Shown: one piece after another, positions 39,283 through 54,200 of the stretch
How the letters are laid out: the number at the start of each line of letters is the position of its first letter
Position numbering within the stretch: the stretch's first letter is position 1
Origin: Dendrobates tinctorius
Lineage: Eukaryota
DNA: 64,000 nucleotides
Direction of reading: 5' to 3'
Assembly (NCBI RefSeq): GCF_039654945.1
Contig: NW_027361924.1
Coordinates: 682,001 to 746,000 of the forward strand
Translations under genes and position numbers: made by a program
Notes under the pieces: generated by a model
Told to the model about the DNA's origin: nothing
Databases searched by the model: none
The model's input: only the letters and a program-made list of their open reading frames with translations

Positions 39283-42200
39283 TTACTCCGCTTCCTCGGT
39301 GCTCGCCAGGACTACACTAAGCAGCTGTATCTGTCGGCTCATCTGCGAGGAGAGACTCTCCATCCTCCGCGCCTTCTGGCGCAGCTTGCGCAGCTGTCTG
39401 TTGTAGGTCTCTTTTAGTTCCATGTAGCAGTTATGCTCGTCTCGGTTTGCGGGGGTCAGCAGCGCTCCGCACCCCATGTGACACATCTCGCTCCAAAACT
39501 CACAGCTTTGGCTGTGGTCACCTATGTCTTTCCTCATCACCTGGGCAGGACACCCATCATTGGTGCAGGCCACCAGTCCGAAAGCGCACGACTCTGCGTG
39601 TTCCTCGCTCCTCAGCAGAGGGAAGAGGGCTGGGCAGCCATTCTGCTCATTAGGACACTGATAATCAAGACAGATACATTATGTCAGAGACCTTAAAGTG
39701 GATTTATCACTAGGTATAAATTATGCATTTTTACATGTTGTAAAGTCCGCTGTTCTCCTGAATCCGGCGAGGATTTGCTTTTCTTCTTGCGCCTCTCCGT
39801 TCCAGAGATAAAGCCTTTTCTTCCTTGTATATATCTAGTATTTAGCCAACTGGGTGTGGTCCTTAGGAAGATGCCCACAGAGAAGAGTTGGAATCATTCA
39901 GGGAAGAAACCGCTGCATCTCTAGAACGGAGAGGAGCAGAAACAAAAGAAAAAAAAACGGATTCAGGAGAATGGCAGCATATACACCAGATTAATTTTTA
40001 TTTTTCATATTTATGGTAAGGGTTTAAAGTGGTAGCACAAAATTAAAGAACAAATCATGGCTACTTTCCTTCATTCAAAGACAGCGCTAAACCTGTTTGC
40101 AGTCTAAGGGTGTGTGCAAACCTGTTTGCAGTCTAAGGGTGTGTGCACACAGTGCGGATTGTCCTGCGGATTTTTCCGCGCGGATTTGGCTAAATCCACA
40201 GGTAAAATGACCTGCAGATTTACCTGCGGATTTTGTGCAGAATTTGTGCGGATTTCCCCTGCGTTTTGACAACTGCGGATTCCTGTAATGGAGCAGGTGT
40301 CAAACCGCTGCGGAATCCTTACAAAGAATTGACATGCTGCTGATTTAAATCCACAGCTAATCCGCAGCGTTTTTCGTTTTTCATTGATTATAATGGTACT
40401 GTATCCGCAGGGCCAAATCCGCTGCGGATCTGCAGTAGAATCCGCACCGTGTGCACACACCCTCAGAAAACTCACTTCAATGGAGCCGCAATACCAGACA
40501 CAATCCGTGGACAGGAGTGGCGCTGTTTCTGAAAGAAATCCAAAATGCTTTGTTTCATTTCACTGTCATTTTGAAGAACTCTGCTATCAGTAATTATCCT
40601 TTCTAAGGGTGTGTGCACACGTTGCGGATTGTGCTGCGGATCCACAGTGGAATTGGCCCTGCGGATCCGCAGCAGTTTCTGCTGCGTTGTACAGCACCCT
40701 TTTAGTCTATGGGAAATGAAATCCGCAGTGCCCACAGTGCAGTATTTTCCGTGCGGATTTGCTGCGGTTTCAAATCCGCAGCATGTCACTTCTTTGTGCG
40801 GATTCCGCTGTGGTTTGGCACCTGCTCCATTGTACAGGTGTCAAACCGCAGGGGAAAACCGCAGGCTAATCCGCAGTTCTTTTGACCTGCAGATTTTGCA
40901 AAATCCGCAGCACAATCTGCAACGTGTGCACGCACCCTTACACCCAATCGGAAAGTCCCACTTGCTGGCAGTCACATTAAAAGGGCCATTTCAGGCATTT
41001 TGAAATTTTTTTTGGCTAATCACAATATTTTTTTTTTGCACAGATGTACACCACTCCCCCAAAGTGATATTTCTATGTCTTTTACGTACGACATTTAAGT
41101 GATTGAAGGGAGGGGGACACAATCATCCTCATCACATCACAAAAATCTATGGCCGCCTTATCTCCTTTACCTTGACTTGCAGACTGTTGATTTTCCTCTT
41201 CAGCTTATGCATCTGTATATAGTGTTTACCCCTCACTTCAGTTCTACAGCATGGACAGGTCTGCTGTCTGGGAAAAGCAAGTATAATCAAACAAGGGCTA
41301 ATGAAGATGACCGTATTTTAAAGTCTGTGGGAAACATCAACAAACTGCCATTTATGGAGCCGATTTTCAGATATCCATCATAGGAAGCTCCAAGAAGCTG
41401 CAATTGACGGAGCTGGTATTTTTAACCTATTTAAACCTTTAAATCCATACTAATATCCTATTATGTTTAAGATACACTGTATTTAAAATTGGAGTTGCTA
41501 AAATAACATGTCCTCAATAAAATATCATGTCCTCACTATATCTGAAACTGAACCTGTCAAAGACTGAACTCCTGGTGTTTCCTCCCTCTACTAATGTACC
41601 TATACCCGACATTGCTATTTCTGTGTGTGGTTCCACTATTACTCCCCAGCAACATGCCCGCTGTCTTGGGGTCATACTTGATTCCGAGCTTTCCTTTGCC
41701 CCCCACATTCGATCACTGGCTCGCTCTTGTCATCTGCACCTCAAAAACATTTCTAGAATTCGACCTTTTCTTACTTTTGACTCTGCAAAAACTCTTACTG
41801 TTTCTCTTATTCATTCTCGTCTCGACTATTGTAACTCTCTTCTAATCGGTCTCCCTCTTACCAAACTCTCCCCTCTCCAATCTGTCTTGAATGCTGCAGC
41901 CAGGATCATATTCCTCACCAATCGTTACACCGATGCCTCTACCTTGTGCCAGTCATTACACTGGCTACCCATCCACTCCAGAATTCAGTATAAACTTATT
42001 ACCCTCACCCACACAGCCCTCCATGGCTCAGCACCACCCTACATCTCCTCCCTTGTTTCAGTATATCACCCTACCCGTGCCCTCCGTTCTGCTGATGACC
42101 TGAGGTTAGTATCCTCAATAGTCGGAACCTCCCACTCCCGTCTCCAAGACTTTACACGTGCCGCGCCAATTCTTTGGAATGCACTTCCCAGGTCAATACG

Positions 42201-45200
42201 ATTAGTCCCCAATCCCCACAATTTTAAGCGTGTCCTGAAAACGCATTTATTCAGACTGGCCTATCGCCTCAACACATTAACCTAACCTATCCCTGTGTGG
42301 CAGAGCCAAAAGTTTTACCATAACCAGGTTCCCAGCATCATGTTCCCACATGCTTTATGCATCCATTAGCCCTCTGTGTCTGTACTGTTACACACTTATC
42401 ATTATGGCTGGTCCATACAATCAGGGCAACTGTTACCACCCACCTTTCGTGTCTACCTCTTTCCTCATAGACTGTAAGCTTGCGAGCAGGGCCCTCATTC
42501 CTCTTGGTATTTGTTATAATCTACTGTATGTGATTATTGTTATGCTGTAATGTCTATTGTCTGTACAAATCCCCTCTGAAATGTAAAGTGCTGCGGAATA
42601 TGTCGGCGCTATAAAAATAAAATGTATTATTATTATTATTATTAAATAACCAGAAAAAACATAGATGTCCATAAATTAAGTGGTGTGTAAGAATGAGAAA
42701 TTACAAAGGGGAAAAAGTATTGAACATATGAAGAAAAAGGTGCAAAAAGCCATGGAAAGTCCTGACACCATCTGAAATCTATCAGTAATTAGAAAGCACT
42801 ATTGCCACTTAATGAAATATCTACTGATTCAACTGATGACCTATAAAAGTGTCTCATCAACAAGGTGCCACAAAATAAATATAGTGTGTAAAACCAGTGA
42901 GCTCTCTCAAGACCTTCACAGCCTTATTGTTACAAAAAATACTCATGGCATTGATTTACAGAAGAATTTCTTATTTACTGAAGGTCCCAGTGAGCACTAG
43001 TGGGGTCATAATCCGTAAGTAGAAAAACATCATTTCACTATAAAGTGCAAAACCAATAACTTCAAAGAAAACTACACTGCTCAAAAAAATAAAAGGAACA
43101 CTTAACACAATGTAACTCCAAGTCAATCACACTTCTGTGAAATCAAACTGTCCACTTAGGAAGTAACACTAATTGACAATTTCACATTCTGTTGTGCAAA
43201 TGGAATAGACAACAGATGGAAGTTATTGGCAATTATCAAGACACCCTCAATAAAGGAGTGGTTCTGCAGGTGGGGACCACAGACCACATCTCAGTACCAA
43301 TGCTTTCTGGCTGATGTTTTGGTCACTTTTGAATGTTGGTTGTGCTTTCATAATCGTGGTAGCATGAGACGGACTCTACAACCCACACAAGAGTATATGA
43401 TAATGCCCAGTATCAGAGAACGAGACAAGGCGGTGACCATGGTCCAAAAACGCCTTGTGCATGGATTACCACTCCATATGCTAATCTTAAAAAGGAGAAA
43501 ACGGAGTAACGGATACAAAATATATGCAAAAGTATAAATGTTATTAATACTCACATCAAGTGCTGACAAGTATACAAGTTGACTAAAATAGGGGGGATAA
43601 GCCCCAATGATACAACAATCAGGACAGACAAGGACAGGGTAAATAAAATGATACCAGTGCTCGAAATCTACATGGCACAACGTTCAGTCAGCCCATGGGC
43701 ATTGCACATAACAGACATGTGTCTAATGGTAAAAGATAGTCAAATATGGCATACTCAATTAAATGTGTATTGTACATAGTTGTACATGTCCAGAGCGCCA
43801 AAAAAAAAAAAAACCATCCAGAGGGGTCAATGTGCAAGTCCAATGGACACTGAACATAAATGAATCAATGACATGTGGAAGGATTCTTACATAGTAAATA
43901 ACATATGTATCAACATATCAAAACTGCGCAATTGTGCCAGAGAGAACCCGGGAGACGACCCGCCCAGCGGTCCAAATGACCGAAGTGTGGAAACAAGTAA
44001 AGTCAGGCTGCTTACCGGGGAGCAGAGGAGGTGAAGGCCCATGCAACGACACCCGACGTACGTTTCGCGCCCGCCACAGGCGCTTTATCAAGGGAGTGTT
44101 GACTGAGGTGAACCACCATGTTTTTATGCAGAAAGACCTCCCACTTGAAAGCGGTCACATGGGGCAGGTCTACCAACCAAAGGCAGCGGACAGAGCATGC
44201 GCAGTGCAGCTCACTCAAACCAGGAAGTGATCAATAGTATGGTCACAAAAAAAAAAAAAAATATGGCGGGACAAAACCGCACTCATATAAAAACTAGATA
44301 GCATCGTTACCCTAGACGCCTGCGCAGTGTATTGCGTTGACAAAAAGTGTCAGAGCTCAATGAATGATAAAGATGTAATCAGACCATAATAGCGGCGCAT
44401 ACTCAGTGCAACACCTCAGTCCTCCAGGAGATGGGGCAGGCGTCACGCGTCAGGGAAAACAGAGGGAATTTAACCCCGTGTATAACCTGAGGCGGGCAGA
44501 CGCCCAAACCCATATCGGAGCAACGGGTGAGCGCAGGTATGCGCACTAAGGTCACAGCATAAAGAATCAGGAGAAGAAAATTAAGTAAAAAATAAAAAAT
44601 AAATAATAAACCAAGACAGACCATGGAGGAAATACAGTAAAGATAGTGACATCAATCATAATTGGGGCAAACAATATAAACACATTATATGATAGTGTAT
44701 GCTACCAAAAATCCAGAGCACCAGTAAGGATTGTAAAGGCACACAATAAGGTTGATGCAACAGTCCAGAAAATTTTTTTTTTTTTTTTTTTTTTCTTTTC
44801 CCCTTCTCTCCTTCTCTTTCCCCCTTCTTCCTTTCTCTTCTTCTTATATAGTAATAGACGAGTGACCCGAACACGATGGAGTGTCCGCATTCTCCATAAT
44901 ATCAATATGCCGTGAAACGATGATGAAGGTAGATATTCTTTCCAGATCCAACAGATAATAAACGCAGGCGTGGGTACGGACATCCAGAATAGAGGGGTCC
45001 ACACCACACAATGGTACCAGTGAGTCCACATGTAGCCAACACAGAAAACACAGGGAAACTAAAAAAATATATAAAAAGACAAAAAGTTAAAATCATACAA
45101 ACCGAATGTTGATAGGGCCTAAAAAAATGAAACAATGGTGAGTGCAGCGGAGACAGCAGAAGCTATAAAAATGAGGAGAAACTCAGAGATTCGTTAAGTC

Positions 45201-48200
45201 CTTTGGGGGTCATAGTATCCAGGGCGACGATCCACTTAGCCTCTCTCTGGGCCAACGCCTTTTTGTAATTTCCAGCTCGGATTCCCAAGTGTACACATTC
45301 AATACCTCTTACCATGAAGGACCCCGGGTCACAATCATGGGAGGATCTGAAGTGACGTGGGATGGTCTTAAGGGTAGTAGGATCGACCACTGTCTTGGCC
45401 GCCCGAATGTCCCTAACATGCTCACGAACTCTCACACGTAATTCTCTTGATGTGAGGCCCACATATATCAGTGGGCACCCACATGTCGCGTAGTATATGA
45501 CATTAGTACTACTGCAGGAAATGTGTTGTTTGATGTGAAAATCTTTTTCACCATCGGAGGACTGAAAGGAGGAGCAGCGAAGGACATTCGGGCAGGCAAC
45601 ACAGTGGCCGCAAGGAAAACACCCCCGAGTTGGACCAGTAGATCCAAAGGGGTTCGTTGTCGTCGCGATGTAATGGCTCTTGACCAAAAAATCCCTCAAG
45701 TTTCTACATCTTCTTGAAGTCATCAGAGGACGATCACCGATAACCTGGCCCAGAGATGGCTCCGAGCCAAGAATTGCCCAGTGTTTGGCCAAAATGCTCC
45801 TCATGTGTTCCCATTCATGATTGAAGGTAGAGATGAAACGTATTGGGGCAGATCCACCTGACTTAGCAGATCTCCCAGTATTATCACGCCTCGGATAAAG
45901 CAAGTCCCTACGGGCAGTAGCCCTGGCTCTACTGTAACCCTTTCGTATGCTCCTGTTACTATATCCCCGGTTGCGAAAACGAGTCTGTAGGTCCCTAGCT
46001 TGCCTTTCAAAACCATCCTCGGTGGAGCAGATCCGCCTCATCCTGAGGAACTGACCGACAGGAACGGCCCTGATGGTAGAGGTGTTATGTGCGGACTCGG
46101 CATGGAGTAAAGAGTTGACAGAAGTGGGCTTCCTGTACACGTCAGTCTGGATCCGGCGTGTATCGTCGATCTCCAGTGTGACGTCCAGGAAGTCAATAGT
46201 TTTAAGATCATATTTAAATGTCAATCTAATGTTAAAAGTATTAGCATTGAGCCATGCCATGAAGTCCCCGAGCTGCTGCAGTGTCCCGTCCCAAAAAAAT
46301 AAAACATCATCGATATAGCGGTGCCAGCACAGCACATGGGAAGCGGCCGGCGCGCCCTCGTCGCCAAAGATGGATCTCTCCCAGGCACCCAAGAAGAGAT
46401 TAGCGTACGAGGGCGCACAGGCCGCGCCCATCGCCGTGCCGCACCGCTGACGATAGAATTGATCTTTGAATACAAAAAAATTGTGGGTAAGGACAAACTG
46501 CAGCAGCTCAAGGAGTAGTCCACACATCGGGCCGTCCAGGTCGGACATCCCCAGGAAGAGGCGGACCGCATCCAAACCGAGGGTATGGTCAATACATGTA
46601 TAAAGGGACTCTACGTCCGCGGTCACCAGAAAGGTATGACCGTCCACAAGGACGCCGTCAACCCGCGTGAGGACGTCCGTTGTGTCTTTAATGTAAGATG
46701 GTAATGATTCAACCAGTGGTTTGAGGTAGAAGTCAAGAAATTTACATACTGGGTCGCAGAGCCCTTCAATACCAGACACAATCGGACGGCCAGGCGGCTC
46801 GACGGCGTCCTTGTGGATCTTAGGCAAGAGATAGAAGGTGGGTGTCTTTGGGGTTCGGACCATCAGCCCCTCAAAGACCGTTTTGGTTATAATACCCCCC
46901 TCCAAAGCTCGAACAAGAATACGCTGAAGGGAGAGCGAGAAGGAGGCAGTCGGGTTATAGGATAACCTTTCGTAAGTATTACGGTTTCTCAATTGCCTAT
47001 GTGCCTCACGTTCATACATATGTGTAGGCCATACCACGATATTCCCCCCCTTGTCAGCAGGTTTGAAAACCACCCCCGAAAGTGATTGTAATTCGGAGAT
47101 AGCCTTCCGCTGTCTCCATGTGAGGTTGTCAAATTTACGTCTAGATGGTAATTTTCTGAAATCCTCTGCGACTAGTTTTGTAAAAATGTCGATGGCGGGA
47201 CTGAGAGACAGGGGGGGGAATCTCGTGGATTTCGGCAAAACGTGTGGAGGAAACTTACTCCTACTTGGTGGTGTCTGCTCATCGAGAAGATCCTCCAAAA
47301 CTCGAAGTGCCTCCATCTCACTCTCCGTCAACGACTCCTGAGAGATATTCTTATGGTGTAGCTTGCGTAATAGTAGCTTTCTGGAGAACAGGTGAAGATC
47401 CTTCAGTGCTACAAAAAAGTTAAAAGGATTAGTGGGGGAGAAAGTCAGTCCACGACTCAAAACCTCCAACTGGGGTTGTGTAAGAGCATGTGTTGAGAGG
47501 TTAACTACCTGAAGGCCACCAGCTGAGTAATCAGTAAAATTGCGTCCGGTGTATGTCTTCTTTCTGGCAGATTGCCGTGTAACCACACGTTTAGTTACGG
47601 GGTCAGAGCTGGAGCTGAGGGTACCACCTGGATGAGACAGCTGCACCGATGCCTCGTCGTCAACAGAAACAGTGGATTTAATAGATGTAGATCTAGATCG
47701 AGAACGTGACATACTCCTATATAACTGTCTGGATCTATCAGGAGGATGGCGCCATCTGTACACATGGGCCGTTAATTTATCCTGTATATCTCGTTTGAGT
47801 TTCTTCGTCTTGGTTGCTTGTGTTTCTTGGGCCCATTTTTGGAGGTCAACATCAAGTTCATCGTTAAACTTTTTGAGTGATTCCCCAGTTAAGCCTTTTT
47901 GTAAATCCAATTGAATAATTTCGATCTCACTCTCGAGAAGAGTAAGCGTTTTTTTATTTTGTGTTTTCAATAGGTCCAAAAAACCCATAGAACATACATT
48001 GGCCAACTCCTCCCACTTGGCTTTGAAATCATCATCCTGAATGGGGAAAGAGGGGAAGACCTGGATACGCAGACCCCTAGGGATAAGATTATTCTGAATA
48101 TATTTGTCAAGAAATTCATGGTTCCACCATATGCGTGTGCGTTTCCTGAGCAGATCTCTGAATTTCAACATAGCTGCTTGATTTTAACTTTTTGTCTTTT

Positions 48201-51200
48201 TATATATTTTTTTAGTTTCCCTGTGTTTTCTGTGTTGGCTACATGTGGACTCACTGGTACCATTGTGTGGTGTGGATCCCTCTATTCTGGATGTCCGTAC
48301 CCACGCCTGCGTTTATTATCTGTTGGATCTGGAAAGAATATCTACCTTCATCATCGTTTCACGGCATATTGATATTATGGAGAATGCGGACACTCCATCG
48401 TGTTCGGGTCACTCGTCTATTACTATATAAGAAGAAGAGAAAGGAAGAAGGGGGAAAGAGAAGGAGAGAAGGGGAAAAGAAAAAAAAAAAAAGATTTTCT
48501 GGACTGTTGCATCAATCTTATTGTGTGCCTTTACAATCCTTACTGGTGCTCTGGATTTTTGGTAGCATACACTATCATATAATGTGTTTATATTGTTTGC
48601 CCCAATTATGATTGATGTCACTATCTTTACTGTATTTCCTCCATGGTCTGTCTTGGTTTATTATTTATTTTTTATTTTTTACTTGTTTTTTTTTTTGTTT
48701 TTTTTTTTTAATTTTCTTCTCCTGATTCTTTATGCTGTGACCTTAGTGCGCATACCTGCGCTCACCCGTTGCTCCGATATGGGTTTGGGCGTCTGCCCGC
48801 CTCAGGTTATACACGGGGTTAAATTCCCTCTGTTTTCCCTGACGCGTGACGCCTGCCCCATCTCCTGGAGGACTGAGGTGTTGCACTGAGTATGCGCCGC
48901 TATTATGGTCTGATTACATCTTTATCATTCATTGAGCTCTGACACTTTTTGTCAACGCAATACACTGCGCAGGCGTCTAGGGTAACGATGCTATCTAGTT
49001 TTTATATGAGTGCGGTTTTGTCCCGCCATTTTTTTTTTTTTTTTGTGACCATACTATTGATCACTTCCTGGTTTGAGTGAGCTGCACTGCGCATGCTCTG
49101 TCCGCTGCCTTTGGTTGGTAGACCTGCCCCATGTGACCGCTTTCAAGTGGGAGGTCTTTCTGCATAAAAACATGGTGGTTCACCTCAGTCAACACTCCCT
49201 TGATAAAGCGCCTGTGGCGGGCGCGAAACGTACGTCGGGTGTCGTTGCATGGGCCTTCACCTCCTCTGCTCCCCGGTAAGCAGCCTGCCTTTACTTGTTT
49301 CCACACTTCGGTCATTTGGACCGCTGGGCGGGTCGTCTCCCGGGTTCTCTCTGGCACAATTGCGCAGTTTTGATATGTTGATACATATGTTATTTACTAT
49401 GTAAGAATCCTTCCACATGTCATTGATTCATTTATGTTCAGTGTCCATTGGACTTGCACATTGACCCCTCTGGATGGTTTTTTTTTTTTGGCGCTCTGGA
49501 CATGTACAACTATGTACAATACACATTTAATTGAGTATGCCATATTTGACTATCTTTTACCATTAGACACATGTCTGTTATGTGCAATGCCCATGGGCTG
49601 ACTGTATGTTGTGCCATGTAGATTTCGAGCACTGGTATCATTTTATTTACCCTGTCCTTGTCTGTCCTGATTGTTGTATCATTGGGGCTTATCCCCCCTA
49701 TTTTAGTCAACTTGTATACTTGTCAGCACTTGATGTGAGTATTAATAAAATTTATACTTTTGCATATATTTTGTATCCGTTACTCCGTTTTCTCCTTTTT
49801 AAGATTAGCATATGGAGTGGTAATCCATGCACAAGGCGTTTTTGGACCATGGTCACCGCCTTGTCTCGTTCTCTGATACTGGGCATTATCATATATGTAT
49901 TGATTGTATCTGTGTTTTTCACAGAATTTTCCTGCCCGAATATGGATTTTCGTGCACGTGACACGACGTGGCGTGCGCAGCTTAATGATGCTCTCCAGGA
50001 CAGTAGTGGCGGGGACACTGGTGGTTGCAGCGGTGATATGCAAGCAGCTATGTTGAAATTCAGAGATCTGCTCAGGAAACGCACACGCATATGGTGGAAC
50101 CATGAATTTCTTGACAAATATATTCAGAATAATCTTATCCCTAGGGGTCTGCGTATCCAGGTCTTCCCCTCTTTCCCCATTCAGGATGATTTCAAAGCCA
50201 AGTGGGAGGAGTTGGCCAATGTATGTTCTATGGGTTTTTTGGACCTATTGAAAACACAAAATAAAAAAACGCTTACTCTTCTCGAGAGTGAGATCGAAAT
50301 TATTCAATTGGATTTACAAAAAGGCTTAACTGGGGAATCACTCAAAAAGTTTAACGATGAACTTGATGTTGACCTCCAAAAATGGGCCCAAGAAACACAA
50401 GCAACCAAGACGAAGAAACTCAAACGAGATATACAGGATAAATTAACGGCCCATGTGTACAGATGGCGCCATCCTCCTGATAGATCCAGACAGTTATATA
50501 GGAGTATGTCACGTTCTCGATCTAGATCTACATCTATTAAATCCACTGTTTCTGTTGACGACGAGGCATCGGTGCAGCTGTCTCATCCAGGTGGTACCCT
50601 CAGCTCCAGCTCTGACCCCGTAACTAAACGTGTGGTTACACGGCAATCTGCCAGAAAGAAGACATACACCGGACGCAATTTTACTGATTACTCAGCTGGT
50701 GGCCTTCAGGTAGTTAACCTCTCAACACATGCTCTTACACAACCCCAGTTGGAGGTTTTGAGTCGTGGACTGACTTTCTCCCCCACTAATCCTTTTAACT
50801 TTTTTGTAGCACTGAAGGATCTTCACCTGTTCTCCAGAAAGCTACTATTACGCAAGCTACACCATAAGAATATCTCTCAGGAGTCGTTGACGGAGAGTGA
50901 GATGGAGGCACTTCGAGTTTTGGAGGATCTTCTCGATGAGCAGACACCACCAAGTAGGAGTAAGTTTCCTCCACACGTTTTGCCGAAATCCACGAGATTC
51001 CCCCCCCTGTCTCTCAGTCCCGCCATCGACATTTTTACAAAACTAGTCGCAGAGGATTTCAGAAAATTACCATCTAGACGTAAATTTGACAACCTCACAT
51101 GGAGACAGCGGAAGGCTATCTCCGAATTACAATCACTTTCGGGGGTGGTTTTCAAACCTGCTGACAAGGGGGGGAATATCGTGGTATGGCCTACACATAT

Positions 51201-54200
51201 GTATGAACGTGAGGCACATAGGCAATTGAGAAACCGTAATACTTACGAAAGGTTATCCTATAACCCGACTGCCTCCTTCTCGCTCTCCCTTCAGCGTATT
51301 CTTGTTCGAGCTTTGGAGGGGGGTATTATAACCAAAACGGTCTTTGAGGGGCTGATGGTCCGAACCCCAAAGACACCCACCTTCTATCTCTTGCCTAAGA
51401 TCCACAAGGACGCCGTCGAGCCGCCTGGCCGTCCGATTGTGTCTGGTATTGAAGGGCTCTGCGACCCAGTATGTAAATTTCTTGACTTCTACCTCAAACC
51501 ACTGGTTGAATCATTACCATCTTACATTAAAGACACAACGGACGTCCTCACGCGGGTTGACGGCGTCCTTGTGGACGGTCATACCTTTCTGGTGACCGCG
51601 GACGTAGAGTCCCTTTATACATGTATTGACCATACCCTCGGTTTGGATGCGGTCCGCCTCTTCCTGGGGATGTCCGACCTGGACGGCCCGATGTGTGGAC
51701 TACTCCTTGAGCTGCTGCAGTTTGTCCTTACCCACAATTTTTTTGTATTCAAAGATCAATTCTATCGTCAGCGGTGCGGCACGGCGATGGGCGCGGCCTG
51801 TGCGCCCTCGTACGCTAATCTCTTCTTGGGTGCCTGGGAGAGATCCATCTTTGGCGACGAGGGCGCGCCGGCCGCTTCCCATGTGCTGTGCTGGCACCGC
51901 TATATCGATGATGTTTTATTTTTTTGGGACGGGACACTGCAGCAGCTCGGGGACTTCATGGCATGGCTCAATGCTAATACTTTTAACATTAGATTGACAT
52001 TTAAATATGATCTTAAAACTATTGACTTCCTGGACGTCACACTGGAGATCGACGATACACGCCGGATCCAGACTGACGTGTACAGGAAGCCCACTTCTGT
52101 CAACTCTTTACTCCATGCCGAGTCCGCACATAACACCTCTACCATCAGGGCCGTTCCTGTCGGTCAGTTCCTCAGGATGAGGCGGATCTGCTCCACCGAG
52201 GATGGTTTTGAAAGGCAAGCTAGGGACCTACAGACTCGTTTTCGCAACCGGGGATATAGTAACAGGAGCATACGAAAGGGTTACAGTAGAGCCAGGGCTA
52301 CTGCCCGTAGGGACTTGCTTTATCCGAGGCGTGATAATACTGGGAGATCTGCTAAGTCAGGTGGATCTGCCCCAATACGTTTCATCTCTACCTTCAATCA
52401 TGAATGGGAACACATGAGGAGCATTTTGGCCAAACACTGGGCAATTCTTGGCTCGGAGCCATCTCTGGGCCAGGTTATCGGTGATCGTCCTCTGATGACT
52501 TCAAGAAGATGTAGAAACTTGAGGGATTTTTTGGTCAAGAGCCATTACATCGCGACGACAACGAACCCCTTTGGATCTACTGGTCCAACTCGGGGGTGTT
52601 TTCCTTGCGGCCACTGTGTTGCCTGCCCGAATGTCCTTCGCTGCTCCTCCTTTCAGTCCTCCGATGGTGAAAAAGATTTTCACATCAAACAACACATTTC
52701 CTGCAGTAGTACTAATGTCATATACTACGCGACATGTGGGTGCCCACTGATATATGTGGGCCTCACATCAAGAGAATTACGTGTGAGAGTTCGTGAGCAT
52801 GTTAGGGACATTCGGGCGGCCAAGACAGTGGTCGATCCTACTACCCTTAAGACCATCCCACGTCACTTCAGATCCTCCCATGATTGTGACCCGGGGTCCT
52901 TCATGGTAAGAGGTATTGAATGTGTACACTTGGGAATCCGAGCTGGAAATTACAAAAAGGCGTTGGCCCAGAGAGAGGCTAAGTGGATCGTCGCCCTGGA
53001 TACTATGACCCCCAAAGGACTTAACGAATCTCTGAGTTTCTCCTCATTTTTATAGCTTCTGCTGTCTCCGCTGCACTCACCATTGTTTCATTTTTTTAGG
53101 CCCTATCAACATTCGGTTTGTATGATTTTAACTTTTTGTCTTTTTATATATTTTTTTAGTTTCCCTGTGTTTTCTGTGTTGGCTACATGTGGACTCACTG
53201 GTACCATTGTGTGGTGTGGACCCCTCTATTCTGGATGTCCGTACCCACGCCTGCGTTTATTATCTGTTGGATCTGGAAAGAATATCTACCTTCATCATCG
53301 TTTCACGGCATATTGATATTATGGAGAATGCGGACACTCCATCGTGTTCGGGTCACTCGTCTATTACTATATAAGAAGAAGAGAAAGGAAGAAGGGGGAA
53401 AGAGAAGGAGAGAAGGGGAAAAGAAAAAAAAAAAAAAAAAGATTTTCTGGACTGTTGCATCAATCTTATTGTGTGCCTTTACAATCCTTACTGGTGCTCT
53501 GGATTTTTGGTAGCATACACTATCATATAATGTGTTTATATTGTTTGCCCCAATTATGATTGATGTCACTATCTTTACTGTATTTCCTCCATGGTCTGTC
53601 TTGGTTTATTATTTATTTTTTATTTTTTACTTGTTTTTTGTTTTTTTTTTTTAATTTTCTTCTCCTGATTCTTTATGCTGTGACCTTAGTGCGCATACCT
53701 GCGCTCACCCGTTGCTCCGATATGGGTTTGGGCGTCTGCCCGCCTCAGGTTATACACGGGGTTAAATTCCCTCTGTTTTCCCTGACGCGTGACGCCTGCC
53801 CCATCTCCTGGAGGACTGAGGTGTTGCACTGAGTATGCGCCGCTATTATGGTCTGATTACATCTTTATCATTCATTGAGCTCTGACACTTTTTGTCAACG
53901 CAATACACTGCGCAGGCGTCTAGGGTAACGATGCTATCTAGTTTTTATATGAGTGCGGTTTTGTCCCGCCATATTTTTTTTTTTTTTTTTTGTGACCATA
54001 CTATTGATCACTTCCTGGTTTGAGTGAGCTGCACTGCGCATGCTTTGTCCGCTGCCTTTGGTTGGTAGACCTGCCCCATGTGACCGCTTTCAAGTGGGAG
54101 GTCTTTCTGCATAAAAACATGGTGGTTCACCTCAGTCAACACTCCCTTGATAAAGCGCCTGTGGCGGGCGCGAAACGTACGTCGGGTGTCGTTGCATGGG

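Noticed and set aside
49582-49941. 120-aa N-terminal extension of the Penelope ORF in the ORF track
   Set aside because: It lies in the predicted pLTR intron upstream of the acceptor at 49924. The ATG at 49942 is the more plausible start.
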